Of a DNA stretch of 64,000 nucleotides, positions 1 to 11,603 are shown one piece after another. The DNA comes from the human T2T-CHM13v2.0 reference genome, Homo sapiens. The stretch lies in assembly GCF_009914755.1 (NCBI RefSeq), contig NC_060936.1; one strand, given 5' to 3'. The notes under the pieces are model-generated. The model was not told the DNA's origin. It saw nothing but the letters and a program-made list of their open reading frames with translations, and made no database searches. The stretch's first letter is position 1, and every line of letters begins with the position of its first letter. The translations under genes were made by a program, and so were the position numbers.

Positions 1-1759
1 GCTTTCCTTACAGTAAAAGGCCACATGCCAGGAAAAGGAGCTACAAACACCCAAAACAAACCATGGACTTAATCTGAACGTGTGTTGCAACACATAAGTC
101 ACACTGCAGATTCCTTTCCTTCAGTAGAAATTAAAATGCATGCAGCCTAAGAACATCAGGGGGACATATGCTGTTCAAGAAACCAGAAGATACCAATCCT
201 CTAAACTTGGAAAAACAAAAAAATAAAATACAGAAAAAAAGCCTTTTTTTCTCTATGAATATGAGAAGTGATTTTAAAATATGCATTGTCAGGGTCCATA
301 TTACAGACGTCACAAAGTCAAAAAGAGAGTTAAGTGTTTGTGTAGCTCATTTTCTTTATGCACAGACCTACGAAATGGTATTAGAGCTGCCCTGAACAAA
401 ACAGCAGCTGCTGCCAAAAACAACATTCATCTTCTCTTTAATCCTGCATACCAGCTATTGAAGCAGGCAGTTCCCTTGTAGCCCAAATGTATTTTGGAAG
501 AGAGCCAACTGGCTCAACTACCCAAAGACAGGAAAGCAAGTTACCAAGATACAGGTATGGTAATTGGTCCTGAGTTCAGGTCTTCTTAACTCATATGAAC
601 CATATCTTCCAAAAATAATCTATGTAAACCAACAACAGGATCCTCATTTGGTGAATAACCATTCAGTTCTATATGACTTCTTTTTTCAGATCTTTTTAAT
701 TGCTTAAAAATTTACCATTAAACATTATAAGGAAAATACCTAATCATCTTACACAGACTAAAATTCTTCTCTAAGCACTGTTAAGTAATCTTAAAGGGAC
801 AACTGAAACATTTAGTAGATTTGTTAGTTTTTGAAACTTAACTACTATCAATAAAACAGATGTTACCAGAGTAACTAATTGAAACTCAGACCAACTTGGA
901 GTCCAAATTGGTGGGTGCCAAAATCTTGTAAAGATACTCTTCTAACTTCCCTTTTGTGAAGAAGTAAGCTAAAAATGTTTTAAAATATGGGTGATCATTA
1001 AAATATGTAATGAATATGCTCTTATAACAAAAAAAAACTAGAAAGAAATTGCTTAATATGAAAAGGCAGACAATGTAATATAATAAGGGAATTTAATGTA
1101 ACGGGAATTTAAAGATTTCAAGGTATTCAATGCATGAGAAAAATTTGGGGAAATTCACCCTTTAATAATCAGTCCTCGTTCTACATGTAAATACTACTTA
1201 AAGTGGAAATAACTCAAAATATATTGACTTCTAAGGGGCTGTGCATAGGACAAGCAGTTTGCAGATATTATTTCCTGTAATCCTCCCATCAACCAGGTAA
1301 ATATTATTACCCTACTCTGCAGGTGAGCAAAACACAATTCGGGAGAGATTAGGTAACTTCCTTATGGCCACTTTGCTAGGAAATTGCTGGATTGGATATA
1401 AACCAAAACCTACACTATCTATGCTGGAAAGAAAAATACTAGGCCAGTTAGATAATAAAACTGACTTCATTTATATTTAATGAACTACTAAATTTTATTT
1501 TAAAGGGTCATGTTACAGAAGGCATATAGGTCTCTTTAACTCAATCAGTTTCAAATTGAAATTACATGTCAAGTTATTACCAGGTTGAATAAATGAGTCG
1601 AGCAGGTAAATCAAGTTACACTTAGCTATAGCTTAAACAAAAATTTACATAGCTAGAGGGAGGGGAGAAACCCAAAAAATAAAGCGATAAATTGTTTCTT
1701 CTTATAAAAACAAAATTGGGTGCTTTCAGACTTCTAGTAACATTATCCCAGGGGCCACT

Positions 1760-2960
1760 TCTTCATTTAACAGACATGTATGGAGTATCTAATAAATACA
1801 TAAGATAAAGACAGAAAGACTATGATCACTGGCCTCAGGAAGCTCAAGCTACTAGAGAACACAGCACAGTGGTGGGAGTCAGAGAGAAAAGGCCCAGCCC
1901 CTCCCTCAACTGCCCCCTGCCCCAAGTACAGCTAAACCTGACTTGGGGAGGGGGGCATTTGGGGGACAGGGGCATTTGAGGGAGGGGCTGATAGTTTCTG
2001 GGGGGAGAAGCTTCTCCAAAGGTGATCGGGGGCAGCCAACTCAAAGTTAGTGAGGGAGAAGACCCCTGAGAGAGGAAGTAGCAGGTGCCCACAGAAGTGT
2101 GGAAACAAGGCATGTTCTTAGAATTCTGTGATTTTTTTACTCCATTGGAAAATAAGTTTCAAAGAATAAGCAAAAAAAAAAAAAAAAGGCAAGGCTAGAG
2201 AGATATGCAGAGGCCCTCCTTGCTAATTGATTTAGATTTCATTTTAAAAGCACTGGGGAGACCTGGAATGATTTTAAGCAAGGGAGTGTCAAGATCTGAT
2301 TTATTGTTAAAAGGTTTATCAGGCATCAGAATGAAGGATGGACTGGGGGAGAGAGGGCAACAAACCTGGGGGCATGAGGCCCATTAGGAGGTCACTGAAG
2401 TAATCCAAAGCTGAGATGATAAGGGCCTTAACTAGGGCAGTGGCAGTGAGAATGGAGAGAAATGAACACGTTCAACAGGATATGGAAGTAGAACGGAAGA
2501 TCTTGGTGACTAATGAAAAGAGGGTAGGGTCAAAAGGGGAAGAGGCACAAATGACTTCCAGGTTCCAGTTTGGGTGACTGTGTAAAAAGTGGTGCTATCT
2601 GCTGATCCAGATATGTAGGAAGAGAAGAGGCAGCAGGAGTCTGGGAGTTTATCACCAAAAACCTTAGTGAATACTACCATACCATAGATAGATACCATTC
2701 TATCATGAACTATCTGTGTAGGAGATGAGAGAATGTGAAGCCAAATACATGAGAGGGAAATCAGTTGATTGTGGGGTACAGCAGCCAATGGAAAAAAAAT
2801 ACCAAAGGGAGAGGGCAATGAATAAAACAAGCACTAAAAGATGTCAATATGATGTTTACTAAAGAGTACTTAATGGAGCTGACCTTAATGAGGGCAGTTG
2901 CCATTGAGTTGATGGAACTAAAAGTCAATCACAGTGGATGGACTACAGGAGTGAATGAGT
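1760..2960 (-). mobile_element. L2 LINE fragments (old, boundaries approximate)
   Basis: TTCATTTAACAGACATGTATGGAG 3'-end signature and purine-rich L2-like body (GGAATGATTTTAAGCAAGGGAGTG, GGGCAGTGGCAGTGAGAATGGAGAG). Confidence 0.65.
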
Positions 2961-4599
2961 ATGAGGGAATTTCAAGGGTATATTACTACAGTTTGCCAAA
3001 AAAGAAAGAAGAGAGTGAGTGATCATGGAAAGGGCTAGAAAAGTTCACTTCGGTCTTGGTAGAAGGGAACACACAGCCCTGAAAGAGTGGGACTAAAATA
3101 ATAAACTCAGCATTTCTCTTTTTTAAATGGCCTAGGAATAGGGAACAACTCACCTGGGGTTAACAGAGCCAGGTGAGCTCAGAAGTTTTGACCCTGTGTA
3201 AAAATCCCTGATAAAAGACTGGTACCTCAGGCAAGAATATAGGGCCTGAGTGTTCAGGTTTTTACTGTTACTAATTTTAATAAAGATGTACATAATAGAG
3301 TAAGCATTTGTGACAGCAGTATAGACTATCTAATTAGTAACAATGGTTTAAAAAGTAGATCATTAGCTATTCATAAAGCTCTTTAGCAGTTATACAAAGC
3401 AGAGGGGAAAAAAATCCCCTACACAGTATAATCCACTTAATTTTAAGGAGATGCGAGCTAATGACTAATTCTAATTTCTGTGAGGATAATGATGTGTAAC
3501 AGACTGAGCTAGTCTAGAAAACTGATGGGTACTAGTTTAATTCTCAACTATCACGTCTGGAAAGCTAAAAACGCCATTTCTCAGATGCCCTTTAAGTTAG
3601 CTAGGTTTATATATCTACCGCCAACTCTCTGCAATAAGTGTGTATTTTCAAAGAAATAAGATGAGCAGACCTCCCCCAACACCGGCCAAAGTATGGAAAC
3701 ATAATTTTAAAAATTCATGAAAGTTCTGAAATCTGCATCTTCAGCACTCCATGGACACGGGCACCGTTTACTCTTATGCCAACTAGCTGCTCTTAAAATT
3801 GAACTACCCCGATGTACAAGAATCTGAGGGTTGTACATCACCCTGATGTACAAGAATCTGAGGGCTGTAGCTCTCTAAAAACAGCTACAGAAACATAAAT
3901 CATAATTTATACTCTTTCAAATACGTGACTTGCTTCTGAAAGTGAGATCTCATGTAAATCAAAAATTATGTAATTATTTAAAATCTCTAAAATATTTTGA
4001 ACTCCAAACCATTTGGTGATGTGAAATGAGCATAGGCTTCAGTTGCCATCTGATCCCAAGTGCCCAATCTGAGACTGAATGCCTGAATTTCCTAGAACCT
4101 TTTTGTGTTTTTTTCCCACTATGGATGTAATTAATGTGCTCATATGTATTTTCACATCTGCTACTGAAAATCTGACAAGTTTAGTCTCACAAGACCTTTT
4201 AAATAAATAAATAAATAAATAAAAATCTGAGGAAGCAGCTCAGAAAATTTTCAACAAAGTTCCCCCCACCCCTCACGACCCGCCACCCACCAACCTGGAT
4301 CTTTTACTACATGAGAATAAACTAAATCTTTATACTCTACTTTAACTGCTTCCAAATATCATCAAAATGAGTGGAGCTAGAGACATGAGCTCAAAGAACG
4401 TTCACAATCTTGATCGTTTTCTCTGTCACATCAGATGACAAGCTTGATTGGCAAAGGTCACAAACTGGCTTTGCGAATTATGCAATGTGTGTGAGACATA
4501 CCAACTGCCTTTTTAGTGGGATGGAATAAACTGTTAAAATGTTCCTTCTTTCACTGAAGGTGTTCCAACTGAAACCAAGGGAGTCAGCTGTGTTATGTT

Positions 4600-4750
4600 T
4601 AGATGAAAGTGTAATCATCTGGGGTGTTTAATTAAAATACAGATTCCTGCATGTCAGAGGGAATCCAAATTTCTGAGGGTGCATCTCAGGAAAGCACATC
4701 TTTTAATAAGCCCTCTATGTGATTATTAGGTACTCTATAAAGTCTGAGAT
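4600..4750. mobile_element. MER5-family (hAT-Charlie) DNA transposon fragment
   Basis: AATCATCTGGGG...AAAATACAGATTCCTG...TTTTAATAAGCCCTC...AAAGTCTGAGA resembles the MER5 consensus. Confidence 0.6.
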
Positions 4751-4879
4751 ATAATATTTTAGATAGTTCATGAGTGTTATATTGTTAAAGAAAACAAACA
4801 AAACAAAAATGTCTTAAAAGATATACAACGTTGTATTTGATTGAAGGGCTACATACTAGGTGCTCTTGATTTAGAGTAA

Positions 4880-5040
4880 CTTGAGGGGGGTGAGGGATAA
4901 AAGATGACAAATTGGGTACAGTGTATACTACTTGGGTGATGGGTGCACCAAAATCTCACAAATCACCACTAAAGAACTTACTCATGTAACCAAACACCCC
5001 CTGTTCCCCAATAACCTATGGAAATTAAAAACAAAAAAGA
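4880..5040 (+). mobile_element. L1 3' end (L1MA/L1PB-type)
   Basis: GGGTGATGGGTGCACCAAAATCTCACAAATCACCACTAAAGAACTTACTCATGTAACCAAA followed by an A-rich tail. Confidence 0.85.
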
Positions 5041-5074
5041 TAAGAAAAGTTAAGTGTATTGAGTGCACAGAATA

Positions 5075-5555
5075 CTGTTGATTGTCTCTTTCAATTGCCA
5101 TTCCAATATTCTCCTAGCATATCCCTCTAAACTATCATGGCTGGAAAGCTAAAAACTCCATTTATCAGACGCCCTTTAAGTTATCCAGGGTTGTAGATGG
5201 GACTTCGGTTCTGCCAATTAGGCGTGACTGCAAGATCTGATATGGGAAGGAAATACTCGAGAAGACAGCCTGGCTGTGGGCATGCATTTTATTGGCTTAG
5301 TTGGTACTGCGGGCAGCAAGACCCTCCAGTCAGCAGCAGTAACAGCTTTCTGCACTGGCCGCAACATATTTACAGACTGTAGTGGACTTAAGTTCTGAGT
5401 GCTGGGAGTGTTCTGGAAGCTCAGCTTGCAGTCTGCTCCTACGGCCCTTCCAAAAATTCCACAGGCCATCAAATGCACTTCAATATACTCTTTGAAGTAT
5501 ATTCCAGGTTTCAATCAGGCAGAGTAGACTATATTGTCCAAAATTAAATCCTAAG
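5075..5555 (+). mobile_element. LTR33-like ERVL solo LTR
   Basis: GCTGGAAAGCTAAAAACTCCATTT...GGTTCTGCCAATTAG motif typical of LTR33. Confidence 0.6.
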
Positions 5556-5763
5556 CAAAACAAGGGGAAAAAGCCAAGTAATTAAGCATTTATTTCTCCT
5601 AAGGGTGGTCAAAATTTTCCTTAGAAATTTCCCATTAGTGTTTCACAATTCAAGTTGAAAAATAAGGATTATTTTAAATTTTAAAAAAGACCAATTTTTT
5701 ATAGGCAATCCATGAGAGTTTAATACAATTCTACCAGATGAAACACAGCAAAGCATTTACAGT

Positions 5764-5928
5764 TGGCATGCCTGGGACAAGTTCCTCTGGTAACAATAAA
5801 CTTCAATTGCAGATTCATTGACATGCCTGAGACACGTTTCTCTGGTAACAATACTCTACAACTGCAGGTTCAATGACATGCCCAGGACTTGTTCTTCTGA
5901 TAACAATATATGTCAATTGCAGGCTCAC
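5764..5928. promoter_or_regulatory. Three-copy 55-bp tandem array of p53-family response elements, each with an AACAAT SOX motif (intronic enhancer)
   Basis: Units start at 5764, 5819 and 5874: TGGCATGCCT-G-GGACAAGTTC, TGACATGCCT-G-AGACACGTTT, TGACATGCCC-A-GGACTTGTTC (RRRCWWGYYY pairs, 1-nt spacer). KITLG intron 1 is known to contain a functional polymorphic p53 element. Confidence 0.85.
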
Positions 5929-6641
5929 TGTTTATGAAGATGATGACATTTAAAACAGAGAACGTTATCAAAGTAAGATATGGATTCAAATCCTGGTGCT
6001 GTCACGTGTTGTAATCCAGAGCAAATTATGTAACCTCTCTGAGACTCAGTTTTCTTGTGATGATAACATGTTTTTGCAGTTTTGAAAAGATTACATAAGA
6101 CAATGTTATGTAAAGCACTCACAAGCCAATTGGCAAATCTATGAGAACATTACATGACTATTAATGCTCTAATTATTATTTTGTTAATTACAGTTAATAG
6201 TTAACTATAGCTAGTTCAGTTAGCTACAGTTAAACCACAGTTGATGCTACAGTTATAATTTTATCTTTATTGATCCCTTAAATATTCTAAAAGCTTTGCT
6301 AACAGTAAATGACTATACAATCATTCACAATACAACCCATTTTTTAAAAAATGTGTTTTCTTTTTAATTGCACATAATAATTGTAAACAATCTCATTTAT
6401 CCTCTGCCTCCCCATAGATTAAAGATCAGCCCTGGAAAGTGAAATAAAGAGGTTGTGAAACTGCCCCCTGAACTTGGATTTGGATCCGCTCTTCCAAGCA
6501 GGCAGGCTCTTTTCTACCTAGTATAAAAGTGAGGCAAAAATTGTTTGGGCAACAGGTGAATGTTAACCTAAATAGCAAAGTTTCAAAAGTCAACTTCAGC
6601 TTCACTAATATATCCAAAACAGCTTTAGAAAACAGTGTGTT

Positions 6642-6971
<330 letters not shown>

Positions 6972-7279
6972 TTACTCATGCACAGAGAAGTGGTATAGAG
7001 GAGGGGGTTGGAAAACATCAACCTTAGAATCAGACTGCCCATATCTTAATTTCTACTTTGACACAATCCTTATGGCCGTTGGAAAGTTATTTTATCATTC
7101 TGGGCCTCAGTTTCCTCATCTGTAAATGGGTGTAATAACAGAACTGACTTTATAGGTTTGCTGAGGATTAAATATAGTTATGTAAGTGGGCATTTAGTAT
7201 AGTACCTGTCAAATAATACACCTTTATAAATGTTTGCTATGGCTATTGTCATTGCTGTCTAGAACAAGCATTCCTAGTA

Positions 7280-8120
7280 ACATCATGCCCAAACTTGAAG
7301 AATGGTGGTTTAAGCCAAAAATCTGGGCACTATCCTTGATTCTTCCCAGTCCCCTATTTCCACATCTGATCATATTTTCTACCAGCAAAATAAATCTCAA
7401 AACTCATTTCTCTCCATTTCATCTTGTACAACTTTAGCTTGTGCTAAGCTCTTAGCACACTCTTACTGGAAGATTACAGGGATCCTCTAAATAGCCTTCT
7501 TTGCTTTCAGACTTATTACTCACAATAGTATCTTCTTCTGGGAATATATAAAACATGATCACTACCTGCTTAAAATCTCCCAATGCCTTCCCATTACATT
7601 TACAGTAAGACTCCAACTCCTAATCAAGGCCTACAGAGACCTTCAGAAGACAGACTTGTCCAACTCCATGTTTACGCCTTAGTAACCTTTATCTTCCCAC
7701 CATGCTCTAGCCACACTGGCCTCCTTTATGTTCCTGAAATACCTGGAAGGTAATTCCTGCCTCAAGCCCTTTGTACTTGCTGCTGCCAGTTTTCTCCTTT
7801 TTGGGCTTTGCCAATGGTAAGTTGTTCTCATCATTCAGGACTCAGTTCAAATATCACCTTCTCAGAGAAGCCTTCCCAGGTAACCTGTCTTAAGGAGCAC
7901 CTCTTATCACATCACATCACAGTTTTGCTTTCCCTTAAGCACTTTTCATTCTCAGAAATTATTTTGATTACCCAATTAGTTTACTCTTATCATCTGTTCC
8001 TCCCAACAAGAATATACATGGTATAAGAATGAGGATTATATTATTCTTATCCGTCATTCTTACCTCTAGCACCTTGATTTGGTCCTTTCTCATAGTACAT
8101 AATCCTCCATATTTGTGGAT
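7280..8120 (+). mobile_element. L2 LINE 3' portion
   Basis: CTCAGTTCAAATATCACCTTCTCAGAGAAGCCTTCCC and CTGCCTCAAGCCCTTTGTACTTGCTG are L2 hallmarks. Confidence 0.7.
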
Positions 8121-9574
8121 TGTATGTATTGCTAACTGCTACTGAATTGCTCATAAAAGTTCTCCTTCAATAAAATTCTCTTTTATATGGTACAGACCAA
8201 GGTACTGGCACTATCTAAATTGTGTTACTAGAGAATAAACCCAGGTACATATAATGGGGCAGAGATGAAGGCTGGACAATGTACAATTCAATCCTCAGCA
8301 GCTGGTTTCCATATTTACACAATAGAATTGCAACATCGCCAACCAGTTTTGCTTATTATCTGTTTCTTACACTTGACTGTGAGCACCATAAGGTGCCATA
8401 TGGACTTTCAGTCCCTCCCTGTTTTGTCAGACTGACTAAGGCAATGGCAGGTGTGAAGAAGCCCCTCGTAAATATATTTAGAATGAATGAGTGAAGGATA
8501 AACAGGAGGATTTTGTTCATCAGTTGGGTATAAACCATTGTCATCCTTCTCACTCTTAGGCTCAATAACTGCTAAATTCAAATAGTGACGATTAGCTAAA
8601 TGCTTCTCAGTTTGAACTTTTAACCATTTTCTTTGTACCTTTAATACTTCCCTAGGTCCATGTAAGTGGAAAACTAGGCTATAAAACCATGAGTAGACTA
8701 CAAGCTCCAAGAAGGGCAGGGACAACGTAAATAGACAATTTTAATGAATGAACAATCATTGAAAAATGCTTCTCCTGGTAGATGTGGCCCAAAATCGAAG
8801 GGCTGACCTGGCTATAAAATCCCCAGAGCTCCCTTTCTGAAGAAACTACGTAAGTATAAAGTGGAGTTTCTTTCCTTTATTGACAAAAAGGGGCATATTA
8901 AAAAAGCGAAAACACTGAAAGTATCACACAGAGCTGAAATGTAGACACTGTCCTGCAGTAAGTTCACTGGAAGTCTCTGAGAAGTCAACAATTCCATATA
9001 CTGCTTTATTTAGAATTTATTGTAATACGCAACCATAAATTTTTTATTTCCCCAATGAGTTGCAATCCATTAACATTTCTAAAGTAGCCATTCATAAAAA
9101 TTATTCATGGTGATTCAGCATTCAAAATGCATGCAAAGAATAAGATTTCACTCAGGGAAGACATACCCAGAAGTGATGACATGGGTTAAGCTTTTAAATG
9201 CTAATCTTATCTCTTCCCAAAGCATTGGTTGACTCTTATCTATCTGTCATCTTTTCTAAAGCAGGCAAAACAATGTTCATAAAACTGAATCCCTTTCCAG
9301 ACTCATTCCTACTTTGACCAAAACAAAACCAGCTACCTTTTCTTCAGGGACACACTGGCATAGTGTTGATGTTCCCCTATCATGCAACTTGTTTGCAAGA
9401 AACAGAAAGTCGCATGCCAGACTACTCATGAGCTGATTCAATGACACTTCATCCCTCCCCCAAAATAGGCTGCATCATCACATTTTCATGCTAATAATCA
9501 TGACTAAGTGGCAAGCTCTTTTATTCCAATTGTTTATCATGAGATCCATGGAATTATCCTTAGCATTCTCTCTA

Positions 9575-9931
<357 letters not shown>

Positions 9932-11298
9932 AGGATGTAGGACACAGTAAGGAAGGAGATGATTTTTTACAATGTATCAGGATAGGAGTACTGGCATCAC
10001 ACTTGTTATTGTTATCTCTATTTTAGAAGATTCTGACTTAACAGTTTTCTCGGTAAATGTAAGTTATTGTGCATTCTGAAATTCATCCTCATGGTAGACT
10101 TGGGAAGATTATTTTGCTTTCAAGTTTAAAACAAAAGAAGAATATAGGAAATGTACCTTAAGGCCTCAAGTCTTGACTCTTAATAATGCTGGGAAAATAC
10201 AGAAAGAAACTTTCTTCTTGGAGCAGAAAAGGGGGAGAGTGGGTAACCATTTCAAGGTAATCCTTTGAGCTTCTTTTCAAAACAGCTGCTTTGCTGAGGA
10301 ATCAGAAGGGGATGGAAGAACAAATGTAAACAGGGAAACTGTTTGGATAGCAAAGAGATTTTCTCACCATATGGGAGAGAATAGGGATCTACTTCCTCAG
10401 GAAATGAAGAGAGGGACTCGTGAGCAATATATTCACTAAATGAAATTTAAGATGTACTTCGGCTGCTGTATGTTTTAAGTGCCAAATCTGCACAAACCAT
10501 TTTGTACATCTACTTCATTGCTCACTATTTGTGTGTTATCTCCTCTTCTTTATGGTCCTTTTTGGAGCTTTTCTTTGCAAATCAAGGCAGAAGGTAGACT
10601 TTGTGATATAATTATATAAAACTGGAAACATTTTATTGGTTCAAGAAATGTTAACTTTTCAGATCTACACCCAAAACCAAGAAGCTTACCTGATTAAAAA
10701 AAAAAAGGAACACAGATCATGCTCTAAGTTTGTATCATTTTAAACACTTCAGAATTTTTTAAACTTGGCATCAAAGAGTATCCCCAAAATGATATATGTT
10801 TTTAAAAGTACATGCAATATCTGTAACATTATTTTAGAGCACTGTATTGTAAAGCAGTAGTATTACTGCCTTGAGTCACTAAGATGATGGCTTCTAACCA
10901 CACATGAAATTTGAAAACATCACTTCTTGTTAATCCTTCTCCAACTTTCTTCCTCCACGCTTAATCTCTGATCTTATGTATTGAGACATTATTTTTGCTG
11001 AACTCCTTAACCATATCTGTTTTAAATACATAAATATCATTCTAATAGAATCATCTAAACCCTCTCATATTGTCATATTTCTGTCTTTCAACTCCTTTTA
11101 GACAAAGACTATACATCTCAGTATCCAAAACTACACAACATCCTTTACTTGAGTATTGCACTAGCTACCTATTAACTAGCACAAATTGTTAACAGAATTT
11201 TAAAGGAAGCATCTTGAGTGTGGGTGAGCTGGGAAGGAAGAATCCATTTACCATATTTGTAATAGTCTCATGAATTATTATGTATCAAAAAAAATCTC

Positions 11299-11603
<305 letters not shown>

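Noticed and set aside
5764-5928. CRISPR-like array reading of the 55-bp periodic repeat
   Set aside because: Mammalian DNA, whole units are homologous with no unique spacers, and there are no cas genes.
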